Below are positions 48,405-57,847 of a stretch of 57,861 nt of DNA, piece after piece (within the stretch, counting starts at the first letter, position 1; each line of letters begins with the position of its first letter). The position numbers and the translations under genes are program-made. The stretch lies in contig CAUSKH010000001.1 in assembly GCA_963532195.1 (NCBI GenBank), forward strand, positions 1 to 57,861. Reading direction: 5' to 3'. Origin of the DNA: an uncultured Candidatus Saccharibacteria bacterium. Its GTDB lineage: Bacteria > Patescibacteriota > Saccharimonadia > Saccharimonadales > Saccharimonadaceae. The notes below the pieces were generated by a model, which worked only from the letters and a program-made list of their open reading frames with translations, was not told the DNA's origin and did not search any database.

Positions 48405-48482
48405 CGCGGGGTGGAGCAGTCTGGTCAGCTCGCTTGGCTCATAACCAAGAGGTCGTTGGTTCAAATCCAACCCCCGCCACCA
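48405..48482 (+). tRNA. initiator tRNA-fMet (CAT)
   Basis: CGCGGGGTGGAGCAG 5' end, C1:C72 mismatch, loop CTCATAA, GGTTCAAATCC, encoded CCA. Confidence 0.93.
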
Positions 48483-48493
48483 AGGAATAATTT

Positions 48494-48520
48494 AGCCCTC
48501 CTAGCGGAGGGCTTTTATTT
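48494..48520 (+). terminator. intrinsic terminator of the tRNA operon
   Basis: AGCCCTCC-TAGC-GGAGGGCT followed by TTTATTT. Confidence 0.85.
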
Positions 48521-48543
48521 TATCTTACCTATCGTCTGTGATA

Positions 48544-48681
48544 TCAATCTACCAGCTCGACGGTGGCGAGCCGAGCTAACTTCTTCTGAATAAAGCTGGT
48601 TAGCTCGGCGCTACTGCGTTGTCGATTCCAGCTATAGCTCCCTGTTTGGTTGGGAGTGCTTGGTTGATTTATTTTCTTCAT
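48544..48681 (-). CDS. putative 45-aa small protein (or structured sRNA)
   Basis: MKKINQPSTPNQTGSYSWNRQRSSAELTSFIQKKLARLATVELVD; AAAGGA SD and a consensus promoter upstream. Confidence 0.5.
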   Translation of the reverse strand: MKKINQPSTPNQTGSYSWNRQRSSAELTSFIQKKLARLATVELVD

Positions 48682-48725
48682 CGGATGTCCTTTTATTAGA
48701 TTGTTTATTTGTTGCAACTGCCAAG

Positions 48726-48754
48726 ATAATAACAAATATAAGCTATATTGTCAA
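48726..48754 (-). promoter_or_regulatory. near-consensus sigma70 promoter
   Basis: TTGACA-17 nt-TATTAT with TG extension. Confidence 0.7.
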
Positions 48755-48801
48755 GTACTAGACCATGTAGTATCGATAATGCAATATAGTAAAATACAGC
48801 T

Positions 48802-49731
48802 ATGACTAAGTATCTCCTAGCTGTGTCGGGCGGAGTAGACTCAATGGTGCTGCTGGACATGGTGGCGACAAACTATCATGGCTTACGGGAGAAATATCTT
48901 AGCGGAGCGCAATTTCCGGCAGACTTTGTAGTAGCACATTACGACCATGGTATCAGAGGGAAAGTATCTGCTGAGGATGCCAAGTTTGTCCGGCAGCAGT
49001 GCCGTAACTACGGGGTGGTAGTGCAGTGCGGTTGCGGTAAGTTGGCTGCTGTTACCGGTGAGGCAGTAGCTCGTCAGTATCGTTATGATTTCTTCCGGCG
49101 GGTGGCGGAGGCGATAGCGAGAGATGATGAGCCGGTTTACTTGGTGACGGCGCATCATCAGGATGATTTACTCGAGACCATCGCTCTTAACATAGTGCGA
49201 GGGACGGGCTGGCGAGGACTAGCGCCGATGAACCAGCCGCAAGTACTCCGACCGCTCCTTGATATAGCTAAAGCAGAGTTAGTTAGCTATGCCATAGAGC
49301 ATGGTCTCACCTGGCGAGAAGATCAGACTAATGACAGCCCGAGATATCTGCGCAATCGTCTCCGGGTTTTGCTGGCTAGCCGGTCACCGGCCGACAAAGC
49401 GGAACTAACCCGGCTATATGAGAGGCAGAAGCATTTACGCCGGCAGATTGAGCAAGAGCTAGATCATTACTGTACTCGGCATATTACTAGAGATAAGCAA
49501 GGTCAATTAGTGTTGCGCCGTTATGATCTGATCATGCTGTCTAGTCAAGTGGCGATAGAGCTGCTTCGCTATGTAACTGACGGATATCTGACTTCACCTC
49601 AGCTACGGCAACTCTTACTCTTTACTAAGGTCGGCAGGCCCGGTAAACAAATGCGCTGGAAGCGAGTTGGAGTGCGGCTGGATACCAAGCTACTCTACTG
49701 TCGGCTAAGTGATTTGGCAATATATAAATGA
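48802..49731 (+). CDS. tilS: tRNA(Ile)-lysidine synthase
   Basis: AVSGGVDSM, AHYDHGIR, AR..RY.F, TAHHQDD..ET, RGTG..GL, RPLL, EDQTN....YLRNRLR. Confidence 0.93.
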   Translation: MTKYLLAVSGGVDSMVLLDMVATNYHGLREKYLSGAQFPADFVVAHYDHGIRGKVSAEDAKFVRQQCRNYGVVVQCGCGKLAAVTGEAVARQYRYDFFRRVAEAIARDDEPVYLVTAHHQDDLLETIALNIVRGTGWRGLAPMNQPQVLRPLLDIAKAELVSYAIEHGLTWREDQTNDSPRYLRNRLRVLLASRSPADKAELTRLYERQKHLRRQIEQELDHYCTRHITRDKQGQLVLRRYDLIMLSSQVAIELLRYVTDGYLTSPQLRQLLLFTKVGRPGKQMRWKRVGVRLDTKLLYCRLSDLAIYK

Positions 49732-49775
49732 TGAGTTATTCTGATAATGAGCATAAGGGATGGGAATGAAAAATA

Positions 49776-50468
49776 ATGGACATGTCGGCTGATGAAGGTG
49801 GGGTTATGATCAGCACTAAGTCGCTGACTAAACGCTACCGAGTGGGCGGACATGACCTGCTGGCGACGAATAATGTTTCGCTATCGATTAACCGAGGTGA
49901 ATTCGTGGCGATCGTAGGTGAGAGCGGTAGCGGCAAAAGCACACTGTTGCAGCTGTTAGGCGGGCTAGACAAACCAACCAGTGGCTCGGTAACCATTGGC
50001 GGAGTGGATATTACCAATCTGAGTGATGGTAAGTTGTCTAAGTTTCGTAGCCAGACGATCGGTTTTGTCTTTCAGTCTTTTTACCTCCAACCGTTCCTGA
50101 CCTTGCGACGCAATATTGAAGTAGCAGCTATGCCCAGCCGGATGAAGCGAGCTGCCAGGCGAGCCAGGACGGATGAGCTAGCTGAACAAGTCGGGTTAAC
50201 TGACCGACTAGGCTATTATCCTCGCCAGCTATCAGGTGGACAGATCCAACGAGCGGCGATTGCCCGAGCACTATTCAATAAGCCACCGATCTTGCTGGCT
50301 GATGAGCCGACCGGCAATCTCGACTCACAGAATAGCCGAGGCATCATTGCCCTATTTCGGCAGATCTGTGATGGGTGGGGTACGACTGTAGTGGTAGTGA
50401 CACATAGCCGAGAGGTAGCGATGGTAGCGGATCGGGCAGTCACAGTAAAAGACGGAGCTATCGTATGA
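49776..50468 (+). CDS. ABC transporter ATP-binding protein (LolD-like)
   Basis: GESGSGKST, LSGGQIQR, LLADEPTGNLD; the true start may be the downstream MISTK ATG. Confidence 0.92.
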   Translation: MDMSADEGGVMISTKSLTKRYRVGGHDLLATNNVSLSINRGEFVAIVGESGSGKSTLLQLLGGLDKPTSGSVTIGGVDITNLSDGKLSKFRSQTIGFVFQSFYLQPFLTLRRNIEVAAMPSRMKRAARRARTDELAEQVGLTDRLGYYPRQLSGGQIQRAAIARALFNKPPILLADEPTGNLDSQNSRGIIALFRQICDGWGTTVVVVTHSREVAMVADRAVTVKDGAIV

Positions 50469-52417
50469 TCAAGCTTGGCGATGTCGCTCTGCTCTCTCTG
50501 ACCAAGCTTCATACTCGGAAGATTAGGACGATTATCACGATACTGCTTACCAGCATACTGTTCGGTGTTTTGGTCATGGGGTCTTTGGTGACTAACGGTG
50601 TATTTCGAGGAGTAGATAGCTTTAAGCGGAACGGGCTGACCGGACGCTACATCGTTAGTGTTGCTAAAGCGTTTGATAGCAATGCCGGTACTACAACTTC
50701 TAAAGACCCTATCCTGATAGCCGAGGCGAAGAAGCGGTATCAACAGCTGGTCAAAGCTAAGACAGTGGAGGCGAAGCGACTGGGTATAGACTACTTGCAG
50801 GAAAGTGACGATCCGCCGTATTTACGCCTTGATGATAACAGTGAGATGCTCAAGCCGAGCGATTCTAACGGCATCATTCACCGACTTCTCAAGGAGAAAT
50901 TTAGCGGTCAGCCGGTTATCGACGAGGCAACACTTAGGAAGCGTGCCGGCAAATATCATAGCATCGGCATATATAAAGAGCTGTACTACACACCGGTGAC
51001 AGGGTCATCTTTATTACCTCTGAAAGACGGTAGAGAAGCTTTTTACGATACTTCCAAAGATGCGGTGAAAAACACAAATGACATCAGGTCGCCACTTGGT
51101 GATGGTCGCCTGATAACAGCTCCGGACAGCCTAGTCAGCTCGTTTATCTTGCCACATAATGCCGGCTGGCAGCCGGACGGCCAGAGCTTGCCGATCATAT
51201 TGTCTCGAGATATGGTCGAGTATTTACTGGGCTTGGGCAAGCTACCGGATAACGCCTCGACCAAGGAGCGCTTGGATCGGCTACACCTCATCTATGATAA
51301 GGCAAAAGACCTAACTTTTCAGATGTGTTACCGTAATGACGTATCGCAGGCACAGATCCAACAAGCTATCCGGCAACGACGGGAGATCAATGCTAATAAA
51401 GGCAAGAAGGACTATCAAATGCCTTCTCTGGTCTACGCTTTACCTGATGCAACTAAGTGCCAGAACGCCATCACTATCCGAGATACTCGGACGGCTGAGG
51501 AGAAGAAACAGGATGCTAATCAGAAGATATTTGATGCTGCGTTTGGTAAAAATACCGAGCCGATCAGTGCTATGGTGACCTTTATGGTTGGTGTATCTCC
51601 GGCGATGAACGATAGCGTGACGGATCTCAGTCAGCCCGGCAAGAAAGAGCGCTCACGGAGCTTTAAGGATATAGTTAATGATCTACTGCGGGTGGACAGT
51701 ATCGGACAAGTCATACCACAGTTGCTCTATGACCGGCTCCCGAATAAGCATGCTTATGCTGGTATATTCAGCTACACGCCAACTTACACATTTGGTAATG
51801 AAGACAATGTGCTGTACTTCGTCGAGTTCGCTACGGCGAAAGATGCTCAGAAGTTTATCGATGAGCAGAGCTGTAGGACGCAGTATGACGGCACTTGTAA
51901 GCCGAGCGGGAGACTATATATGGCGGATCTCGTCTTTAGTAATAGTTCGGCGATCGACGATATTCAGAAGCAAGCTCAGATATGGCTTCATTACGCTATG
52001 TTGGCGGTGATCGTGCTGGCGGTCGTTATCATGTGGATCACAGTCGGTCGGACGATAGTTGATGGTCGGCATGAGACAGCGGTTTTTCGGGCGATTGGCT
52101 TTAAGCGGGTAGATATCGCTAGCGTCTATATCGTTTATACCATCCTTTTGTCGCTCTTTATCACTCTTTGTGCCTTCGGGCTGGGTATCATCGGAGCGCA
52201 TCTGCTGGACGGACAGCTATCGCCCGGTTTAACTGCCCAGGCGCAATATGGCTTTAATGAGCTGAGCTCGGCCAAACGGATCAGTCTAGTTAGTTACGAT
52301 TGGCATCAGTTAGGGTTGATCGCTATCATCTGCCTGGCCACCGGTCTGCTCAGTGTGGTCTTACCGCTGATCCGTAATGTCAGACGTAGCCCGATCCGTG
52401 ATATGCGAGAAGAGTAG
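50465..52417 (+). CDS. FtsX/MacB-type ABC permease with large extracytoplasmic domain
   Basis: N-terminal TM, ~450-aa soluble domain with 4 Cys, RHETAVFRAIG, three C-terminal TM, RRSPIRDMREE. Confidence 0.82.
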   Translation: MIKLGDVALLSLTKLHTRKIRTIITILLTSILFGVLVMGSLVTNGVFRGVDSFKRNGLTGRYIVSVAKAFDSNAGTTTSKDPILIAEAKKRYQQLVKAKTVEAKRLGIDYLQESDDPPYLRLDDNSEMLKPSDSNGIIHRLLKEKFSGQPVIDEATLRKRAGKYHSIGIYKELYYTPVTGSSLLPLKDGREAFYDTSKDAVKNTNDIRSPLGDGRLITAPDSLVSSFILPHNAGWQPDGQSLPIILSRDMVEYLLGLGKLPDNASTKERLDRLHLIYDKAKDLTFQMCYRNDVSQAQIQQAIRQRREINANKGKKDYQMPSLVYALPDATKCQNAITIRDTRTAEEKKQDANQKIFDAAFGKNTEPISAMVTFMVGVSPAMNDSVTDLSQPGKKERSRSFKDIVNDLLRVDSIGQVIPQLLYDRLPNKHAYAGIFSYTPTYTFGNEDNVLYFVEFATAKDAQKFIDEQSCRTQYDGTCKPSGRLYMADLVFSNSSAIDDIQKQAQIWLHYAMLAVIVLAVVIMWITVGRTIVDGRHETAVFRAIGFKRVDIASVYIVYTILLSLFITLCAFGLGIIGAHLLDGQLSPGLTAQAQYGFNELSSAKRISLVSYDWHQLGLIAIICLATGLLSVVLPLIRNVRRSPIRDMREE

Positions 52418-52447
52418 ACTGTCTCGTAATATGCTAGAATATACAGC

Positions 52448-54346
52448 ATGAAACCAGATAACAATACTCCGCCGAGGCGCCCTGCCTCGTCGAATCGCAA
52501 CAAGTCGGGTCATAGCCCGAAGAACTTGGTTTTCTACGCTGTTTTGATTATCTTTGCTGTGGCAATCTTTGGTCTGATCAAGCGAGAGGGACAGTCAGCT
52601 GAGATATCTTTCTCTGAGTTGGTAAATCAAGTTAATCAGGGTAAAGTCGCTAAGATCGTCGAATCAGGGTCGAATCTGTCGGTCTACATGAAGAATAGTC
52701 AGGGTCAGGCAGAACAGTCACCCTCTAAGGTGTCTCGGATTCCTTCGGGGGCAAGCGCATCTGAGCAGGGATTAAAGCTCAGTAAGACCAAGTATGTGGT
52801 CGTTCCGCCGGATAACACCAGTGACATTATCTGGAATATTGCTTCGATAGTCGTGCCTGTCCTGCTGATGCTCCTGCTGTTTGCCTGGATGATGCGTCAG
52901 GCCGGGGCGCAGAATAATCAGTCGCTTAGCTTTGGTAAAAGTAAGGCGAAGCTCTACGGTATGGACCGCACCAAGACCAAGTTTTCCGAGATTGCCGGTA
53001 ATGACAATGCTAAGCAAGACTTAGCCGAGGTGGTCGATTTCTTGCGCCACCCCAGGCAGTTCCTCGGTCTCGGCGCCAAGATTCCTAAAGGAGTTTTACT
53101 GGTCGGCCCACCGGGGACGGGTAAGACGATGATGGCTCGAGCGGTAGCCGGTGAAGCGGGCGTGCCCTTCTTTAGCATCTCCGGCTCAGAGTTTGTCGAG
53201 ATGTTCGTCGGTGTCGGGGCGAGCCGGGTGCGTGATCTCTTCGACAAGGCGAAGAAGAATGCGCCGTGTATCATCTTCATCGACGAGATTGATGCTGTAG
53301 GTCGCCGTCGTGGTAGCGGTATGGGCGGTGGTCATGATGAGCGGGAACAGACCTTAAACCAAATCTTGGTGGAGATGGACGGCTTTGAGAAAGATCAAAA
53401 TGTCATCGTCCTAGCGGCAACTAACCGAGCTGACGTACTGGACCCGGCTTTACTGCGCCCGGGTCGGTTTGACCGACGGGTGAATATCACCTTGCCGGAG
53501 CGTCAAGATCGCTTGGCTATCCTGAAAGTGCACTTCAGAGAGAAGCCGACCAACGCTGATGTCGACTTAAACGCCCTAGCAGCTAAGACAGCCGGTATGT
53601 CGGGAGCAGACCTAGCTAATATCGCTAACGAAGCGGCTATTCGGGCAGCTCGCCTGGACAAGAAAGAGATAGATAATTCTGATGTCACTGAAGCATTGGA
53701 GAAAGTAGCGATCGGTCCGGAGAGGCGCAGTAATATCATGCGTGAGAAAGATAAGATCATGACGGCCTATCATGAAGGTGGGCACGCTCTAGTAGCGCAG
53801 GTACTACCGGATAGCGACAACGTCCATAAGGTGACTATTATTCCTAGGGGTGCTACCGGCGGTGTCACTTGGACGATTCCTGAGCATGATCGACCCTATA
53901 CCAGCATGTCAGAGTATAAAGACGAGTTGGCACGGGCGATGGGTGGTCGGATCGCCGAGGAGGTTATCTACGGTCGAGACCATGTTACGAGTGGTGCCAG
54001 CTCAGACTTGCGCCATGCTACGGCGATTGCCCGGGATATGGTGATCGAACAGGGCATGGGTAAGCGACTGAGCGACCAATCTTTCCACGAAGATGAGGGC
54101 GGACTCATGATGGATCGGATTACCAGGGAGAAGCCCTACTCGGATAAAACCGCCGAGGAGATTGATCAAGAGATTCGTGACCTGATAGAGGAAGCGACCA
54201 GACGAGCCCGGGATATCATCAAGACGAATCGAGCTCTGCTAGAGAAACTCAAAGATGCTCTCTTAGAGCATGAGACACTTGATGCTGATGAAGTAGCGGC
54301 AATCTTAGACGGTATGGTCTTACCGGAAACGGCGAAACTATACTAA
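52448..54346 (+). CDS. ftsH: ATP-dependent zinc metalloprotease FtsH
   Basis: [42 protein letters not shown]. Confidence 0.99.
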   Translation: MKPDNNTPPRRPASSNRNKSGHSPKNLVFYAVLIIFAVAIFGLIKREGQSAEISFSELVNQVNQGKVAKIVESGSNLSVYMKNSQGQAEQSPSKVSRIPSGASASEQGLKLSKTKYVVVPPDNTSDIIWNIASIVVPVLLMLLLFAWMMRQAGAQNNQSLSFGKSKAKLYGMDRTKTKFSEIAGNDNAKQDLAEVVDFLRHPRQFLGLGAKIPKGVLLVGPPGTGKTMMARAVAGEAGVPFFSISGSEFVEMFVGVGASRVRDLFDKAKKNAPCIIFIDEIDAVGRRRGSGMGGGHDEREQTLNQILVEMDGFEKDQNVIVLAATNRADVLDPALLRPGRFDRRVNITLPERQDRLAILKVHFREKPTNADVDLNALAAKTAGMSGADLANIANEAAIRAARLDKKEIDNSDVTEALEKVAIGPERRSNIMREKDKIMTAYHEGGHALVAQVLPDSDNVHKVTIIPRGATGGVTWTIPEHDRPYTSMSEYKDELARAMGGRIAEEVIYGRDHVTSGASSDLRHATAIARDMVIEQGMGKRLSDQSFHEDEGGLMMDRITREKPYSDKTAEEIDQEIRDLIEEATRRARDIIKTNRALLEKLKDALLEHETLDADEVAAILDGMVLPETAKLY

Positions 54347-54356
54347 GAGGGGCGAC

Positions 54357-56057
54357 ATGTTATTTCTGAGCGGAGATAAGCTGGTCGCCGATCGTAATAA
54401 AATTCAGCGTCAACGCCGACGTAATCGGGCGCTGGTGGCTATTGCTCGAGCTAATCAGAAGATGAGCGTTCGCCTGGCGGCAGTCATCTTGTCCAGCTCG
54501 ACTTTGGTCTCGGCTTTACTAGGGATCTATCGAGATCGTTTGCTTAATTCGATGTATCTTGACACCTACAAGGTGGGGATAGATGCCTATACAGTAGCCT
54601 TTACCATTCCCGACTTCATGTACCTACTCTTAGTAAGCGGGGCGTTGGCAGTGACCTTTATCCCGGTCTTTAACTCTCGTCTGGCTAAGAATAATCGGGA
54701 GAGTGCCTGGCAGATGAGCACCAGCCTGATCAACTTCTTAGCGTTGGTCACTATAGTGACCTCGGTGCTGATCATGATCTTCGCTCCGATCTTAGTTAAA
54801 TATGTCGTCGGACCGGGACTGTCGGAGTCGGGTCAAGAGCTGGCTATCAGTATGATGCGGGTGATCGCTATTAACCCCTTCCTGTTCGCTGTAGCGACGG
54901 TTATTTCTTCGGTGCAGCAGGCGGTTGGGCGGTTTGTCTTTAATGCTCTAGCTCCAACTATGTATAACTTAGGCATTATTATCGGGGCGATCTGGTTCAC
55001 CGGCGGGATCAATCTATTTGGTCATCAGATCTTTAGTGGCGGGATCATGGGTGTGGCGCTGGGGGTGGTACTGGGGGCGGTACTTCAGCTAATCGTATCC
55101 AGTCTGGGGCTGCTTGGGCTGGGCTTCGACTATCGGTTTAAGGTTTACTGGCGTAATCGGGGCTTTCGCAAGATCCTGACCTTGTTGCCAGCCCGCTCGG
55201 CTGATCAGGGGCTTGACTATGTCAGCTCGATTATTGACACTAACCTGGCTAGTCGGATGGCGGATGGGACGATCCGGGCTTATCAGCAGGCGAGTACACT
55301 CTATAATATGCCGATTAACTTGGTGGGGGTGGCGATTGCTACGGCCGCTTTTCCTCAGCTGACTGAGCGAATCGGTGAGGGACGCCGAGATTTATTTGCC
55401 AAGGAGCTTCGTTCGGCGATGCGAATGATCATCTGGTTTAGTCTGCCGATTGCCATGCTGATGTTCTTCTGTCGGGGTTACATTGTCTCTATCATTGACC
55501 GGGGTGGCAACGGAACTATCGCCATGCTCTTAGGTATCTTTTGTCTAGCTATCTTCCTCAGATCAGTCTTTCACATTATGTCGCGGAGCTTCTATGCTTT
55601 CCAAGATACTAAGACACCCTTATTAGTATCACTAGTGACCTTGGCTGTCTCGGTCGGGCTGGAGATTTGGCTGGTCTTCGGCTGGCATATGGGGGCAGGA
55701 GGTATCGCTTGGGCGCAAGTAATCTGGGCGCTTTTGGAGCTGACCAGCCTAACGGTACTAATCTTGCGTCGGGTACCGAACCTATTTGATAGGCAATTCT
55801 GGCACAAGATCAGTCGGATGTTGATTGCCTGTGGCGTGATGTCGGTCGTTACTTACTTGATGGTGCAGCGGATCAACCTGAAGTTTGAGAATCAGAATAT
55901 GATCATGGTATTAATCCCGCTAGCTGTTATCGGGACGGTCAGCGTCCTGGTTTATCTTGGTGTATCTCGACTGCTAAGGATTGAAGAGGCGGAGCCGATC
56001 ATCGCTAAGTTAGGTCGAATAGTGAGCGGGCGCTTCATGCTGGGTAAAGATAAATGA
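54357..56057 (+). CDS. murJ: lipid II flippase MurJ/MviN
   Basis: S.LLG..RD, DAY..AF.IPD, FIPV, AP..YNLGII, P..L.GVAIATAAFP, FYAFQDTKTP. Confidence 0.92.
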   Translation: MLFLSGDKLVADRNKIQRQRRRNRALVAIARANQKMSVRLAAVILSSSTLVSALLGIYRDRLLNSMYLDTYKVGIDAYTVAFTIPDFMYLLLVSGALAVTFIPVFNSRLAKNNRESAWQMSTSLINFLALVTIVTSVLIMIFAPILVKYVVGPGLSESGQELAISMMRVIAINPFLFAVATVISSVQQAVGRFVFNALAPTMYNLGIIIGAIWFTGGINLFGHQIFSGGIMGVALGVVLGAVLQLIVSSLGLLGLGFDYRFKVYWRNRGFRKILTLLPARSADQGLDYVSSIIDTNLASRMADGTIRAYQQASTLYNMPINLVGVAIATAAFPQLTERIGEGRRDLFAKELRSAMRMIIWFSLPIAMLMFFCRGYIVSIIDRGGNGTIAMLLGIFCLAIFLRSVFHIMSRSFYAFQDTKTPLLVSLVTLAVSVGLEIWLVFGWHMGAGGIAWAQVIWALLELTSLTVLILRRVPNLFDRQFWHKISRMLIACGVMSVVTYLMVQRINLKFENQNMIMVLIPLAVIGTVSVLVYLGVSRLLRIEEAEPIIAKLGRIVSGRFMLGKDK

Positions 56058-57847
56058 GCAGTCTAGCGAACTTGCGCAACTTTTGCATCATTGCTCATAT
56101 TGACCACGGTAAATCGACTCTGGCTGACCGGATGATGGAGTTAACCGGTACAGTAGAGAAGCGAGCCATGAAGCAACAGTTGCTTGACTCGATGGAGCTG
56201 GAGCGGGAGAAGGGTATCACCATTAAGCTATCGCCGGTTAGGATGCGCTACCGAGGCTATGACCTTAATCTGATTGATACGCCGGGGCATGTTGATTTCT
56301 CTTATGAGGTGTCACGCTCGTTGGAGGCTTGCGAAGGAGCAGTGCTGGTGGTTGATGCTACTCAGGGCATCCAGGCTCAGACTCTGACAAATGTCTACTT
56401 AGCGATGGAGGCTAACCTGACTATCATCCCGGTGCTTAATAAGATTGATTTGCCGGCTTCGGATACAGCCAAAGTCAGCGCTCAGCTCATTAGTCTGCTG
56501 GGCTGTGAAGAGGCGGATATTATCAAAGTCAGTGCTAAGACAGGGCAGAATGTTGACCGGGTGCTGGAGGCGATTATCAAGCGCATTCCGGCACCACAGG
56601 GCGACCAAGCGGCGCCGACCAGGGCGCTAATCTTTGACAGCTACTACGACGATTATCGGGGTGTCGTGCTATATGTGCGACTGGTTGACGGGCAGCTGGC
56701 TAAAGGTGCTTCTATCCGGATGATGGCGACCGGGGCGAAGGCATTAGCACTGGAAGTAGGGCATCTGGCGCCGGGCATGATGGCTGATTCGGCTCTGGCA
56801 ACCGGCCAGATTGGCTATATCGTGACTAACCTTAAGACGACTCGGGAAGCTCGGGTTGGTGATACGGTAACGGTCGGGTCGGGCGAACCGGACTCGGCTA
56901 AGGTCAAGCCTCTACCGGGCTATCGGGAGGTCAAGCCGTTCGTCTATGCCGGCTTTTTCCCTACCTCTAATGAATACTATGATGCCCTGAAAGAGGCGGT
57001 CGAGAAGCTGAGCCTGAGCGATAGTGTTTTACACTACACGCCCGAGAATTCACCGGTGCTTGGTTTCGGTCTGAGGCTTGGTTTCCTAGGGTTACTTCAT
57101 ATGGACATCGTGCGGGAGAGGCTGGAACGGGAGTATGGACTGGAGCTCATAGTCACCAACCCCTCAACGAGCTATCAGGTCAAGCTAACCGACGGCACGA
57201 CGCTGACTATCGAATCGGCTGATGAACTACCTGATCGGAGTAAGGTAGCTAGCATCGCTGAGCCGTGGATCGGTGGTGAGATAGTAGTGCCGGTTGATTA
57301 CGTTGGTTCGGTCATCCAACTGATTGTCAAGAAGCGGGGGTTACAGAAGAACATTAGCTATATCGGTGAACGGGCGGTAATTGATTTCGAAGCACCGATG
57401 GCGAACCTGTTGACTGATTTTTACGACCAGCTCAAGAGCTTGACCTCGGGCTATGGGACATACAATTATGACCTGATTGGCTACCGAGAAGGTGACCTGG
57501 TGCGGGTTGATTTCTACGTGGCCGGTGAATTGGTGTCGGCACTCAGTCTGATGTGTCATCGCTCCGAGTCGGCTAAGCTGGGGCGAGAGGTGGTTCGCAA
57601 ATTAAAGGAGGTGATTCCCCGACAACAGTTTGCTGTCAGCTTGCAGGCGGGCATTGGTGGTAAGTTCATCGCTCGAGAAGATTTATCGTCTTATCGCAAG
57701 GATGTCACGGTTAAGATTCACACTGGAGATCCCGATCGGCGAGCCAAGTTGCTTGACAAGCAACGGCGAGGCAAGAAGCGGATGAAACGCTTTGGTAAGG
57801 TTGACATCCCCGCCGACGCCTTCACGGTGATGCTCAAGCGAGACTGA
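56054..57847 (+). CDS. lepA: translation elongation factor 4 (LepA)
   Basis: RNFCIIAHIDHGKSTLADR, REKGITIK, DTPGHVDF, GFLGLLHM, IPRQQF, GKKRMK..G.V. Confidence 0.98.
   Translation: MSSLANLRNFCIIAHIDHGKSTLADRMMELTGTVEKRAMKQQLLDSMELEREKGITIKLSPVRMRYRGYDLNLIDTPGHVDFSYEVSRSLEACEGAVLVVDATQGIQAQTLTNVYLAMEANLTIIPVLNKIDLPASDTAKVSAQLISLLGCEEADIIKVSAKTGQNVDRVLEAIIKRIPAPQGDQAAPTRALIFDSYYDDYRGVVLYVRLVDGQLAKGASIRMMATGAKALALEVGHLAPGMMADSALATGQIGYIVTNLKTTREARVGDTVTVGSGEPDSAKVKPLPGYREVKPFVYAGFFPTSNEYYDALKEAVEKLSLSDSVLHYTPENSPVLGFGLRLGFLGLLHMDIVRERLEREYGLELIVTNPSTSYQVKLTDGTTLTIESADELPDRSKVASIAEPWIGGEIVVPVDYVGSVIQLIVKKRGLQKNISYIGERAVIDFEAPMANLLTDFYDQLKSLTSGYGTYNYDLIGYREGDLVRVDFYVAGELVSALSLMCHRSESAKLGREVVRKLKEVIPRQQFAVSLQAGIGGKFIAREDLSSYRKDVTVKIHTGDPDRRAKLLDKQRRGKKRMKRFGKVDIPADAFTVMLKRD

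Noticed and set aside
48387..48593. 68-aa ORF
   Set aside because: It runs through the initiator tRNA and its terminator.
48309..48800. tRNA-targeted prophage or island attachment site
   Set aside because: I saw no duplicate of either tRNA 3' end and no integrase in the window.
1845..57559. Numerous 60-175 aa ORFs antisense or out of frame within long genes (e.g. 1845-2201, 24728-25141, 43900-44427, 50216-50743)
   Set aside because: They are shadows of well-supported CDSs, without SD/promoter support or motifs.
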